From positions 118,918,001 to 118,982,000 of the forward strand of contig NC_087436.1 of assembly GCF_036321535.1 (NCBI RefSeq): 64,000 bases of DNA, read 5' to 3'. Below, piece after piece: positions 1 to 13,299 of this stretch. The position numbers and the translations under genes are program-made. The DNA comes from Camelus dromedarius (taxonomy: Eukaryota). The notes under the pieces were generated by a model, which worked only from the letters and a program-made list of their open reading frames with translations, was not told the origin of the DNA and searched no databases. Position 1 is the first letter of the stretch, and the number at the start of each line of letters is the position of its first letter.

Positions 1-1189
1 CCTGCTGGAGAGGATAAAGCTCATTTCAAAATCTATTAAGTCACGTGTCTGGGGGACCGTGAGGCTGTAGATAAGTGCGGTTTGATTCTGGGTAACTCTC
101 TGAGGGCCTCTGCAGTTATTTAAAGGGAAACAGACACGGGCAAGCCTCGCTTCAAGTCCCTCTAAACCGCCTACAGGTTTTATGCTAATGGTCAGGCTCT
201 TGAGAGCGTCTCCACGTCTGCTTTTATTGCTGTGATGTTGCTGGAAAGCAGGGCTTCCGGCGGCCACGGTCTCTGGGTCTTGGTTCTGACCGGAGGGGGT
301 TGGCCCCACATCCATTCAGACCCCAGACCTCCCATGGATCTTGTTGCCCTGGGGTGAGAGCGAGCCCAGGGACCACCTGCTCCTGCTGTCACCGCCCCAA
401 GGAAGCTCAACTGTCCCCTCCCCGCTCTCCACTTCCTCTCACAAAACCAGGGTGTGGAGCAGTTGCGGGCCAAGGTCCCTGTCTTTCCACAGTGTTACTA
501 GGATCTCATTCACCTACCATAAAACTCACTCACCGACAGTGGTCTTCAGTACATTCACAAATACGCGTAATCACAACTGCAGTGAAGTTTAGAAGGTTCC
601 CATCACCCCCAGACAGAGCCCCGCGCCCGTGCGCTGGCACACTCACTCCCGGGCCACCGCTGAGGTGCCTTCTCCCTCCGCAGGTGGCTCTGGCGTCCTA
701 ATACTTGATGTCTCCTTTCCGTGGTGATGACAGACATCCCCACCTTGGCGACATCTTAGGTGGGCAGCGCCCTGTCACCAGTAAGAACCTGAGTTTGAGT
801 CCCTGCTCTGCCACTTACTGCCTTTGTCACCTGGAGTGAATTCGCTACCCACTGCCTTCTTTTCCTCCAGTGAAAAACTGGGAATAATGATAATAATACT
901 GACCTCATAGGGCTGTTGCAAGGAGTTAATGCAGTGACAGCCTCGGCCCGTGGCCGGCACACTCTGGGTGCCCACTGTTGTTATGATGAGCTTGGGAGCA
1001 GCAGCATGTCAGCAACTCCTGCCTCCCCCCTTACATCCCAGGAATCTCAAACTGATCCTGGTTCCCCGTATCTCCCTGCTCTGCAGTCTCTTTGCCTCTC
1101 CCCTCAAGCTGCCCTTCTTCTGGAATGGCCTTCCCACCTTTCTGTGCTCCAGTCTCACTCCTTTTCATCTTTCAAAACCCCGTCAAAAA

Positions 1190-2275
1190 GATGGGTAATG
1201 GCAAGCATTAGACAGGAGGTGGAGGAACCGTGATTCATGGCTGGTGAGTCTCAAATGGGTCAGCCGCTTTGGAAAACAGTCTGGTGGTTCCTCAGAAGGT
1301 TAAACATGAAGTTATCACGTGACCCAGCAGTTCCACTCCTAGAGGTGTACTCAAGAGAACTGAAAATATATGTTCACCCTACATTATTGTTACCAAACTC
1401 GGGTTTGGCTGCTTGTGGCTCAAAAGCCAGTAATTCAAGAGGTAAGTGTCAGTAGAAAGGAAAGTTGCTTTAATCAGAAAAGCCGGCAGTCTGGGGAGAG
1501 GGTGGATTCACGTCCAGAGACCAATTCCAAAGATTCTGCTCAGCCATGACAATTTTAAAAGGGAAAAATGGGGAGAAGAATCTCAGTGACTCATCAAGGC
1601 AGGAGGCTGGGTTCCACATCCTTCTCCACTGCGTGCAGACTGGCTGACTCTCTCTTCAGACGCTATCTTGGCCGAGTGATCTGTCTGCCTGCAGGGTTGC
1701 TAAGGGGGCCATTGAGGGTAGAGAGCTAATCACTCTTTAACTGCTTCATTCTTCATTCTTCTTTTTATCCAGGGAAAGAATCACCAGGTCAGAGAGGCAT
1801 GGTGTGCATTTGGGAGAGCACAGGTCAGGAGTTAGTTTTAGTTGCTTAGTGATCTCATTCCTATAACTGGGTTCTTTTAAGCCTAGAGGGGGACAGAGAT
1901 GGGCAAACAGGAAAGGGGGAAAAGAGCTGCTTTCATTGTAAATGTGCATAACAACGTTATTCATGGTAGCCCCAAAGTGGAAACAACCAAGTGCCCATCA
2001 ACTGATGATGAATGGGTAAATAAACTGTGGTCCATCCATGCAGTGGAATATTATTCAGCCATGAAAAGGGATGAGGTGCTCATATGTGCTACAATGTAGA
2101 TGAACCTTGAAAACATGGTAAGTTAAAAACCCACTCACAAAGGCTCACATATTGTATGAAATATCCAGAATAGGGAAATCTGTAGAGACAGAAAGCAGAT
2201 TAGTGGTTGCCTACGGCTGGGGGAGGGGTGAGGGATGGGAGAGGGATGGCTAAAGAGAAGCCAGGTTTTTTTGGG
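1190..2275 (+). mobile_element. Old L1 3' fragment (ORF2 end and 3' UTR) split by an LTR at 1388-1935
   Basis: L1 ORF2 C-terminal remnants (QPLWKTVWWFLRRL...DPAVPLL; KCPSTDDEWVNKLWSIHAVEYYSAMKRDE) resume on both sides of the insert. Confidence 0.85.
1388..1935 (-). mobile_element. Solo ERV LTR (ERV1-like), 548 bp
   Basis: TG...CA termini (tgttacc...gctttca), 4-bp TSD ttat/ttgt with one mismatch, minus-strand ATTAAA near 1468. It interrupts an L1 exactly. Confidence 0.75.
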
Positions 2276-3692
2276 GGGGCTGTGGGACCCTGAACAAGGC
2301 ACTTCCTCCCTGAGCCTCAGTTTTCTGCTCTGTAAAATGGGAATGCCAACACCTGGTGGGGATCCTGCCAGGACCAAGGAGCTGCACTTTATAAGGCACC
2401 CTGCATGGGGTCTGTGTGTTGCAGGGGCTCTGGACATGGATGTGCCCATTGGCTTTGACAACTACTCTGTCAGGATCCTTCCTGGGACACGTGGTGACAA
2501 TAACACCTGTCAGGTGCCAAGCATGGTGACTGTCTCACACTCGTCCCCATGGCAGGGCCTCTTTGCTGTGGTGACTCCATCCACCCGACACCGGGTTGGG
2601 TTTGGGTCAGGTTGGGTAGGTTTCTTATGTCCCACCGGGGAGCTGGCAGTACAGGTCCCCAGGCCACGGTCCCAGGTGGAATGGGGATGGGGAGGAGGAT
2701 GCTGTTGGAGTGGTCCTGGACGCAGAGAGGCCAGGTCTCAGAGCTCAGTGGTGCCTCCTTCCAGACGCCCTGCCCCCCACAGCCCACGCCTGAGCGCTGA
2801 AATCTGACTCCCTCCAGGTCCGCTCACCAAGGCCCTCCAGGCAGGTGCCTCCACCACTTGGGCTCAGGCTCTGCAGGATGTACCCCAGGGAAACCAAATA
2901 CCAAATTGTTCGGGGTGATGGGGCTCACCATGGGACCATGGTGCCCTCAGACTATAGGAGTGGTGTCTGCACTTATGCAGTGTGCCTGGGAATGCCCCCT
3001 GGCCAGCGGAGCTGAAACATAATTACCTGAGCCAGACTTTGTTCAAGGAGGCACAGAGAGAAATAGAATTCATGTGTGACCCAGCACATGCAAATAGAAT
3101 GAATACCAAACCTGTGCGCAATACTCCCCCTACTTCAGGGGTGCACTCTGACCCTTTGTCTTCTTTACTGTTTCCTGTTTTAAAAACTGCTGGGCACAGT
3201 CCACAAAAATGATTTCAAGATTTCCTAGTAAGTCATGGCTACAGTTTAAAAAGCTCTTCTTGGGCATCCTCACTGTAGGCTCCTTGGGTTTAATTACCAG
3301 GATTTATGACTAAGCAGATCGGAGTTCTGGACTATGAGCTCTTTCCTCTCTTCGCACTGGGAGGCAAGAAACCTGGGCTGGACATTTAGTTCTGCCTCCC
3401 TGCAGGGATGGGCCAGCATGGGTAAGCACTAAGACTCTGAGAGTAGAGGGGGTTGATAATACTTATGCCATAGAATGAACAGTGAACCGGTTCTGGAGGG
3501 GGTCTGGGTGTCCAGACACTGCCACTCACTAGCTGGGTGACCTTGAGTAAATTACTTTACTTCCAGGATGGTCAGTTTCCCCACCTGTAAGACGGGGACG
3601 AGAGCAGGACCTCCCTGGACTGCTGTGAGGATTACATGGGTTCCTAGATCTGGCATGTGGGGTGTTCAGGAAATACCAGCCAGGATGATCAC

Positions 3693-5228
3693 CAGGGCCG
3701 GGTTCACAAGTGTACAGCCTCTCAGGTCTCACAGAGCCCTGCTCTCAGAAGGACCTGGAACTTGGTTAAATGCTTTGCTGTCGCCATCTTGAAAGTCCTA
3801 GTAATTTTTTCTTTGAACTTATGTCATGTAAGTGACAGGACAACAGAGTGTGCAGGGGAGGATCCAGGTGGCAGTGCACAACGGTGCGGGCGCAGCACTC
3901 CTGGTCCCTGGGCTACACACATACACCCCCTACACACACACACACACACGCGCCTGGAGTGGCCTGGGGCACTGGGGTCCTGTGTAGGGGTGGCCGGGGC
4001 TGGGACCTGGGCCCAGGTTGCTGGTGGTGAGGCTGGCAGCAGTGGGAGGCTCTGGGAGAGAGGACTCCATGTGCACGGTGCCTGGACCACTGTGGGAGGC
4101 TGGCTGGGGGAGCCTCTCCAACCCTGGAGTCTGTCCCTGGGGCACCTACACAAATGTTAACAATCAGGCCTGAGAGCCGGGGTCAGAACTGCCAGGGCTC
4201 CAGCAGTAAACTTTGTCAGTAAACTATTACAGAATGGAAGTACACACGTGGACGTTACAGCACAGATGCCAGGAGTTATGAGAACTCCTCAGGGAGTTTA
4301 GACTCTCCGGTTTTGAAAACTATTGCAATATTGCAAACATCCAAAGGCTTAGAAATAGGAAGTAAATGCAAAGATTGTCGCAGTTGAGGAAAAAGAGCAT
4401 GATTCCTGTATCAAGCTATGATGAACCAATTATTAAAGAGGAAGACAATTTTAAAATTAAATTTCCCTTGTAATTCGAGATGTGACAGGAGGCATACACA
4501 GGTGATTGAATATACAAATCATGAAGCCGCCTTTGGTTTCCTGAACAACCTCCACGAGTTACAGGGAACGTCAGACGGTAAACATTAAATACCACCGTGT
4601 ACATTTACATTTAGAACTAAATGCAGGCATACATGAAACTGATTTGTATGAAGAGTTAAATCTTTTTAGGAAACAATATTCTGCATGAATCATCAGCTCT
4701 AGATGTCCTAAACATTTGTATTTCAAAATAATTGATCAGAAATGCATCCCAGTGTCACCACAGCCTGTAAAATAACAGCTCCAATAACGGCGGCATCGGC
4801 AGAAAGATCCCTGTCAGAATGAAAAATGATCAAAGACGATTTGTGATTCTTCCGTTTGCCAAGAGAAACTGATGTCACTTTCCATTATATCGATTGAAAA
4901 TGAATTGCTAAAAGGATAAATTTTGGTGAATCTAATAAACGAATTTGCAGAAAAGCAAGACAGGAAAATCCTACAACCAAGCTGTCGCATCAGTGAGCTA
5001 CCATTCGTTGTATTATATAAACTATGACACCAAAACATTATTTCACGGTTTGTGTGAGTTGTTACTCACGTGTCACTGTTATCCTCATTATATTGTATGT
5101 GTAATAAAATATTCTAAGGAAAACACTTTATATTTAAGACTTTAAACTGCACTTTTTCCCTGCTTTCAGAACAAGGGTCCCCACTTTTTTATTTTCCACT
5201 GGGCCCCACAACTTATGCAGCCAAGTGA
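3693..5228 (+). mobile_element. hAT-Tip100 DNA transposon fossil (MER45R/Zaphod-like) with transposase C-terminal remnant
   Basis: MER45-type ends (cagggccgg...gctttgctgtcgccatcttgaaa; ...ttttccactgggccccacaacttatgcagcc). Internal decayed hAT dimerisation motif (ASAERSL..., SIISIENE..., LINEFAEKQDRK) at ~4790-4970. Confidence 0.75.
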
Positions 5229-7822
5229 TGGGAATGCAGGTGAAAACTCTGTGTGAACTCCAGCGTGCTGTCCAGAGTGTGTCATGTTACTGTGGGTGTG
5301 GGAGCTGCTGGCTGTGCCCAGTCCTCAGTGAACGCCCCACCCTCCCCAGCACTGAGTCCTCAGGGGACTCGCGCCTTTTTTCTGACATCAGGGTAGTGAG
5401 GCAGCGCGTGGAAGCACCTCCCTGCTCAGAGGTGGGTGAATCTAAGTTCCCCATCTCTTCCCTCCTCAGAAGTATAAGTACCAGCAGCATCGACGTCACA
5501 TATCTCAACTCCCCCAGACCCACTAAGGCAGACTCTGCATTTTCATAATATTCCAAGATGATCTGTAGGCATGTGAGAGTCTTAGAGTCACAACCCTGGA
5601 TAAACTGGGAGTTCTTTGTCCCTTTAATTTAGTCCTAAGTATTGCTATTAAAAGTGAGTCCACTAGAGGTCACCAGAATCCAGTGATTAATTGATTTGCC
5701 TCCCACCACTGCCCTCCATTTGCTTGGAAAAAGAAAAACCTGTCAGGAGAGGGTGGAGAGTTACATCCAAGAGTTAAATCCTCCTGCACCCCTGCCCCCC
5801 AGTACAGGAACTTTCTGCTCACCTCCTCAAAGGCAGGTTTAATAGAAATCTGCATTTGCAAAGGGCATACCAGCAGAGGTCTGAGCACTGGTCTTTACGT
5901 GAAAACCCTACTGTAGGGGCCAGCCCCCTGGGATGAGCGAGACAAGGGCTGGGGTGCTGAGTGCTTGGGCTGTCCCCACTGCCATCGGGTGGCTTCAGGC
6001 AAGTTGCTTCTCTCAGCCCACACATCTCCAACCATAGAGTGTAGGCAGGCGGACATGAGATTCCCAGCGTCCCCTGAGCTTGAATACTGTGGGTCTCTCC
6101 CTGTTGCAGATTTCTGTCTTGGGCCCCCAGATTTGCGAAGGAAATGGAATCAGTCTCGAAGCTCCTGTCTTCCTGGCTGTCAAGGTCATGGGAGACCAGG
6201 GGCTGGGCCTGGAATTCAGGGTGTCTGGCAGGCCTGGAGTTTTAAGGCGCCCAGCATTCTAAGGGCAATGGCACATTCATCTCTTTGCCAAATAGAGTGG
6301 GTTCGGAGCTCAGGGAGAGGGGATGATAGAGGAACAGAGCTGGGGGCCCCAACGTCACCATTTCACAGATGGGGAAACTGAGGTCCAGAGAAGAATGTGA
6401 CTATATCCCAGGTCCCTAGAGCCCAGAGTCAGTGGCAGAGCTGGGAGTGGAACTCAGGAATTGCTGGTGGAGAGGTCTGGGGAGGATGCTTGTGGCTTAG
6501 CACGGCCTAGCGAGAGGCCAGCAAGCACTTATGTCTTTCTGGTCTCCTCTTAGTAACTGTAAGTACTTCTTCTGGTGTGTTTTTAGGTGTTTAGTTACTC
6601 AAGTAATATCCTAGTCTGCCCAGGAAAACCCCCAGGGGGCATGTGTAGTCATGTCTGGCCCATGGCAGCAGAATGACAAAGCTTTGCTGGGTGACCTGAG
6701 AAGGGCACTGGGTTTGGTGGTTCACTTAGGTTAAGGCTACTCACTAGATGCCGGCTTTTGTGCAAGTCACTGTACACGAGGTTCGTCACCGTGTACTCTC
6801 CTCACAACAACCTCTGAAAGCAGGTATTACTCCCATGTTACAGACAGGGAAACTGAGGCTGGGAGAAGGAAAGGTACTCACCCAAGGCTAGATGGCCACT
6901 CGAGGTTCGTCTCTGTGTCAGTTAGACAATGCTAGCTGCTGTAACAGATAATCCCCAGATCTCAGTAGCTTCTTCAAGCCTGTGGCTCCACCCTCTCCAG
7001 GGCCTCAGGGACCTCCCTTTTAGCCAGCAGTGGGAGGAGGAGTGGGCAGAGAAGTCATGTGCTTCTTTACTCCCATGAGCCAGTAGCGACATCATTTCTC
7101 ACGTATTCCATCGGTGAGAAGTAGTCACATGGCTACACATAGAGCAAGGGATGCTGGGAAATGTAGTCCCCAGATAAGCAGCTGCACTACAGAAGGAAGG
7201 ATACAAATTTTCGGAGGACAGCTCATCATCACTGTGACTCCAAAGGCTATGCCCCACTTCCTCCAGGGAACCATGCACTGGACTGGAAGAAGGGGCACTG
7301 GCACCACCCTCTGGATGTGACCAGCGCTGCAGTCTTGGTGATGACATTAATAAATCATGCAGCCACCAATATAGAAAGGCTCTTAGATTCTCCTCATCCA
7401 TCAGATGGGTGAATCCCCTCAATAAAGTCCTTGGCGGCAAATCCCTGGCAAAGTCTGCTGGGCATGAGGCACAGCGTGCCCAGTGACCTGGAGCTTGCCC
7501 ACTGACAAGGCAGCCAGCCATGACCAACAGTCCTGGGACACTGCTGACCTCACCCCATGAGCTGACCCGAGGTCTGACTGCCAAGCCCAGTGGGTAAGTG
7601 AAACAAGGAAATGTGGGGGTGCACTGGCCCCCTCTGTCTCCCTTTGTCCCTCCTCCTCTTGAGTTAAAATCTTCCTCCCTGTCTTTTCCCGTGAGCCCTG
7701 CCCTCTGGAACATCCCAGAACTTCCATGCTCACTCTCCCTCAGTAGATAGTGGTCATTTGGTTAATTAATTGATTGGTTCATTCATTCAACAAATACCAT
7801 AGGCTGGTTGCCAGGGGCGGTG

Positions 7823-8272
7823 GGTGCTCTGGATTGAATAGAATCCCCCCCAAATGTGTGCCCACTTGGAGCCTCAGAATGAGAATGTATTTGGAAATAC
7901 GGTCTTTGCAGATGTAATCAAGTTGAGTTGTGGTCATCCTGGGAATAGGATGGGCCCTAATCCAGTGATTTATATCTCTTAGAAGAAGGGAGGAATGTGG
8001 ACACAGAGAGGAGAACTCCAGTGAAGAGAGAGACACCCAGGGAGAAGGCCACGTGGTGATGGAGGCTGAGGGTGATGCCACCTCAAGCCACAGACACCTG
8101 TCTGCCACCACCACAAGCTGGGGGTGGCCCGGAACAGATCCTCCTGCTAAGCCCCCAAGAAGAAGCACCCCAGCTGACACCTCGATTTTGGACTTTCCTC
8201 CAGACCTGTGAGAGAAGAAATGTCTGTTGTTTTAGGCCCCCCATTTGGGGTACTTTGTTAGGGGAGATACAG
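7823..8272 (+). mobile_element. MaLR solo LTR (MLT1C-like)
   Basis: Typical MLT1 motifs: atttggaaatacggtctttgcagatgtaatcaag, gaaggccacgtggtgatggaggc, cctccagacctgtgagagaagaaatgtctgttgttt. Confidence 0.75.
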
Positions 8273-8356
8273 TGGGGTGACTGAAACAAGCAAGGCTTGC
8301 ACCCTCAATCTACTTACAGGCTAGTGAAGAAGGGCGATTAAAAACACAGCTAACAA

Positions 8357-9137
8357 CAATGAAGCGTCACCTCGCACTGGTCAGAATGAGCATCATTAAA
8401 AAGTCTACAAATGACAAATGCTGGAGAGGGTGTGGAGAAAAGGGAGCCCTCCTACACTGTAGGTGAGAATGTAGTTTGGTGCAGCCACTATGAAGAACAG
8501 TATGGAGATTCCTTTAAAAAACTAAAAATAGACTTAGCATATGATCCAGAAATCCCACTGCTATGCATATGCCAGAGAAAATTCTAATTCTAAAAGATAC
8601 GTACACCCCAATGCTCACAGCAGCACTGTTTACAACAGCCAAGACATGGAGGCAACCTAAATGCCCATCAACAGATGACTGGATAAAGAAAATGTGGAGT
8701 GTATATATACAATGGAGTATTACTCAGCCATAAAAAAGAATGAAATAATGCCATTGGCAGCAACATGGATGGACTTAAAGATTATCATACTAAGTGAAGT
8801 AAGCCAGACAGAGAAAGACAAATATATCACTTATATGTGGAATCTAAAAAAAATGATACAAATGAACTTATCTACAAAACAGAAATAGACTCACAGAAAA
8901 CAAACTTACGGTTACCAAAAGGGGGAGGGGCTTAGGAGTTTGGGATTAGAAGATACAAACTATTATACATAAAATAAACAACAAAGTCCTGCTGTACAGC
9001 ACAGGGAACTATATTCAGTAGCACATAATAACCTATAATGATAAAGAATATGGAAAAGAATATATATGTATATCTGAATCACTATGCTGTACACCAGAAA
9101 CTAACACAACATTGTAAATCAACTATACTTCTATTGA
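8357..9137 (+). mobile_element. 5'-truncated L1 (ORF2 end and 3' UTR) with 16-bp TSD
   Basis: ORF2 remnant [40 protein letters not shown]. Flanks aaaacacagctaacaa (8341-8356) and aaaatacagttaacaa (9138-9153). Confidence 0.9.
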
Positions 9138-10344
9138 AAAATACAGTTAACAAACAAGAGACACTCAGAAGAGGCTGCAGCGAGGTCAGGAATGGGCAGG
9201 GCTGGCAGGAGAAGTGGGATTTGGACAGAATGGTCAGGGAGAAGGAGGACGTTGGGCAGATGCATGAAGAGTGGGCTGGGAGGGGACCATGAGTAGAGGG
9301 AACAGCACGGACAAAGGCGCTGAGGTAGGAAGAGTGTGATAGCCTCTGAGAATGGAAGGGAGGCCAGTGTGGCTGAACAGAACAGGTGGGAGGGGGGAGG
9401 TGCTCCCGGCAGTGGGCACAGAAAAGGCTCCATGACACGCTCGTGCCTCCGCAAGACGTCTCTTCTCCAGGCTGGATGTGGCAGTTCCTGCAATGATTTC
9501 TCATAATATCTTTTACATGCTGTGATCAATTCCTGATAAGGACGCTCTCAGCTCACTCTCCCAGAGCTCAGTTGTTCCACAGGCTTCACCGATCAGAAGG
9601 TTTAACATCACAAGGTTTTATACGCACTTGATAATTTGCAGGGCCCTTCTGTAGTTCTGTTCAGTGCATCCTCCCCTGGCCCAAGGTGTGCAGAGAAGGC
9701 AGATATGCAGACAGATCTTATTTCCTCCAGAGAGGTCTAAATCCATAGCTAAGCACCACAGTGTGAGCTCCAGAGAGAGGTGCAGATTAAGACACACACT
9801 CAGGGGCACAACAGGGCAAGGAGGGGTTCGATCCTCTCTGAATGATGACAGCTCGGTGTTCTGGGGAGGCAGCGGTCTTTGAAGACCATAAAATCTAGCA
9901 GGCTGTTCTTTGAAGACCAAAAAAGGAGCTGGCTCTTGGGTGGGTGGACTTGGGCACAGAGCCCCCAGCCAGGAGGGAAAGACAAGATTTGGTCCCTTGG
10001 CTTGGTCGCCTTGAGCAAGTAAAAGAGGGATGTCATTTGATTCTCACAAGAGTCCCAAGACGAGAGCTCTGGGTGGTTGAGAGTAAGCCAGGCTGCAGTG
10101 TATGAGTCCTGCCTCTGCCACCCGGACCTGTGTGACCCTAGACGTGTTACTTAAGGATTCTGTTTCCCCAGTCGTAAAACCGGGGGAATAATAGCACCTG
10201 CCTTACATAGTTGTTGAGAGGATCAAGTGAAATGATACATAGTAGGTCCTCAGTAAATACTAACTAGTACTGTCTTGGCTTAGAGATGAGGAAGAGGGGT
10301 GATGTCCCTAAATGTTACTTAGGTGTTTTTCTATTTTATTTCCT

Positions 10345-10582
10345 TGTTGATGACAATAGTGTTGAAAGTGGTGGTGGCACTGATGGTGATGATGGTGGTG
10401 ATGGTGATGTAGATGGTGGTGGAGATGGGGATGGAGATGGTGGCGGGGATGTTGATGGAGATGGTGGTGGGGATGTTGATGGAGATGGCGGTGGGGATGG
10501 GGATGGTGGCGGGGATGGAGACGGGGTGGGGATGTTGATAGAGTTGGTAGTGTGATAGTCGTGGTGGTGACGGTGATAGCAA
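10345..10582. repeat. Degenerate (GATGGT/GATGGG)n simple repeat
   Basis: Runs of gatggtggtggggatgttgatgga, giving spurious GD-rich and His/Pro-rich ORFs. Confidence 0.9.
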
Positions 10583-11121
10583 GTGGGTAATTGAGTGCTG
10601 GAATAGGGACTCCCTCAGTCCTAGGGTCCATTGTTGTCTGAGACGCCGGGAGCCTCCGGGGGCCAGTGAGCACCTGCAGGAGCAGCCTCATCCCTTCGCT
10701 CTAATCGGCACGAGTACCACTTCCTCTGTGAGCTGTGCCTTGACAAAGGCTGGGAAGCCCTGTTTAATCTGGTGCTGCTCATATCATTCTGCCTTATATT
10801 CGTTGCTTAGTAACACTGACTCCCGCTTTTTTATTTTTCTTCTCTAAAGACAAAGTCTTCCCACTTGTCCTTTTCATTTAGTTAAACAGAGCCTTTAAAA
10901 GGTCCCTGGACACTTGGCAAAGGAGAAAAATCAGAGCCCCGATCCCAACAATTTGTCTCTTTACATGAAATTTTTTCCCATTCTATTAATGTGCCTCTGA
11001 GGACTGTGATGAGGAAGGAGCCCTGGCCGGGAGCCAAGGACCTGAGCCTGAGTTCTGACTTGGCCGCTACCTCGACCTGTGACATTGGGCCGGTTGTTTA
11101 ACTTCCTGGGAGCTCCCATGC

Positions 11122-11606
11122 TGTGGTGGGCTTAAAACAGCTGCAAATTCTTCATCACTCATCACGTTGAGTGTGGGCTGGCTCCCCTGTGACTTATTTC
11201 GAACAGCAGCTTGTGAACTTATTGTGGAAATAAATGCTAACTTCTGAGGCTGGGCCCTTTGGGATATGCAGCTTCTGCTTTTGCCACCCCATCTCCACCC
11301 CGGCCCGTGGAGCCTCCCCCGGGTAAGCCAGCCGCCATGTAGGAAGCCCGCCCTAGACCACCACGCCACATGGAGGAGCCCGGTGTCCACTTCATGGGAT
11401 GAAGCCTTCTTGGACCTTCCAGCCCTGCTCAGCCACCAGCAGGAGGCCACCGAATGAAAGATCCCAGCTGATAATGCCTGCAGGAAAAGAACCACCCAGC
11501 TGACTCCTGCCCAAATTCCTGCCCCAGGACCACAGGCAAAGTAAAGTGTTGTCTTCAGCCGCTGAGTTTGGGCATAGTTTCTCATATAGCAACAGGTAAC
11601 TGATTC
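11122..11606 (+). mobile_element. MaLR solo LTR (MLT1F-like)
   Basis: Starts tgtggtgggcttaaaacagctgcaaattctt. Contains cccagctgactcctgcccaaattcctg and ends tagcaacaggtaactga. Confidence 0.65.
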
Positions 11607-13299
11607 TCATAAAATATGCCTTCCTCCTCCCGAGGGGACCACTTTGGGACATGGGGTGTGGGGTTGCTATTCCTTTGTCTATTGGGTAATTTCCAAACTC
11701 TTCCAACGTCCTTCACCATCCAGCCCTCTCCAGCCTCACGGCAGGGCAGCTGCTCCCCACCACCTCTGCTCTCATCCACCCAAACCTCCGTCCCGACCAC
11801 CCTGCTCTGTCACTTCTCCACACCTTTGCATCCATCCCAGCTTCCTCCAGGAAGGCCCTCTCCATTCTCTTCCAAGAGCAAAACTCTGTTCCTTCTTAGG
11901 ACCCAGCTCAAATGTTACCCTTTCTCCAGCTGCCCCCCGGCTGCCTCTGGACTCCACAGGCCCTCATGGAGATGTCTGAGCCTTCTTTTGACAATAACTC
12001 TGCTGCCCCTGTTGGGGCACATCCTGGGCCCTAGCATTGGTTCAGGTAGAATGTATGTGCCGACATCCAGCCAGACCATCCTCAGGGACCAAGGGCAGAT
12101 GTACTCGAGGACGGCAGCCTGTGGTCCCTGCATCCAGGCAGGACGGAGGCACTCTAAACTCTGGACAACCACCGGTACTTACCTTATCCATGAAAAAAAT
12201 TTCAACCCAACGAATTTGTGCAACATTTCACGGACCACACAGTCACCATCTCCAGCACCCAGAGACTCCCTCGTGCCCAGACTCCTCCTTTCCTGTTCCA
12301 GAAGTTCTTCGGCAAGTCACAGAGCAAGTTGCAACCAGAGTCTGACAGCTTCCATTGTATCAAAAACTTAGGGAAAATAATTATCTGTGATCGCAGCCAG
12401 CTTTCTGGGTAATTTATATTTCTAACAATTGTCAAGAAACAATATCTTTTTTGCTAAAATGTCCAAATTGCTCCCACAAATATCAAAAGTGCTTACCCCC
12501 CCCAGCTTTCTCTGCCAGTCTCCACATCGTCGACACCTGTCTATGGGACTCTGCTGCTGCTAAGTGGGTGTCTGGAAAGTTCTGGGAAGGATTTTGAATT
12601 GTTCTGCCCCTCCTGACAATCCCTAAGTGCTGTATGCCTAAGTTTTCTTCTATTGTTTCCTGCTAAAGTGAGCAGGAAGTTCCCTCTCCCACCTGCTCTG
12701 GGTTTTGTCAAGATGACAGCAGGGACTCGGACGGAAAGCTAGTCACTTCAGGAGGGAGGGAGGAGGTGCCACACCCCCCACTGAAGGCACAGGAGGAAGT
12801 TCAGAGCCCACAGGCTGGGGGTGTTTGTTTAAAAGAGGCCTTTAGTGATACGAGGAACCCCTGCCCAGGTGAGATTGCTGGGTTTCAGATCTGGGGTCTG
12901 TAGGTGGTGTGGCATTGCGGCAGGGATTGGGGACAATCAAAGCAAAGCGATGTCATGGTGTGACCTTGGGCAGGTCCGTCAACCTCTCAGAGCCCCTGAC
13001 TCCCTACTGATACCCACCTCCTGGGGTCGTTGTGTGAATTTAACGAGCCAGTTGGTGGAGTGACTGCTTGTAAGGAGTGATGATGACTTCTGGTGTGACG
13101 TGGAAGGAACTGGCATCCACCAGTCCCACTAATGTGCTGGCCGCTTCCCCACAGGTTATCTCATGGGCCTTCCCAACAACCTGCTGGGTACAGAGGTGTG
13201 CTGAGCTGACACTCAGAGAGGTCCACGCGTCACCTGTGCCAGGCTTGCCTAGTGAGCCTCCACGCTCTGTTCTCCGATGTAAGGTCAGCGCCTCTTGGG

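Larger units (their letters stand above)
7777..9390 (-). mobile_element. L2 fragment interrupted by a MaLR LTR and an L1
   Basis: L2 tail ttcattcattcaacaaata at ~7777. L2-like sequence resumes at ~8285-8355 and ~9155-9390 (agagggaacagcacggacaaaggcgctgagg...ggaggccagtgtggctg). Confidence 0.6.

Noticed and set aside
10286..10691. GD-repeat and poly-His ORFs
   Set aside because: They are translations of a (GATGGT)n simple repeat.
11616..12371. 251-aa ORF (likewise 23817-24569, 37119-38024 and 39562-40266)
   Set aside because: No domain or coding-like composition that I can recognise. Such lengths arise by chance at this GC content.
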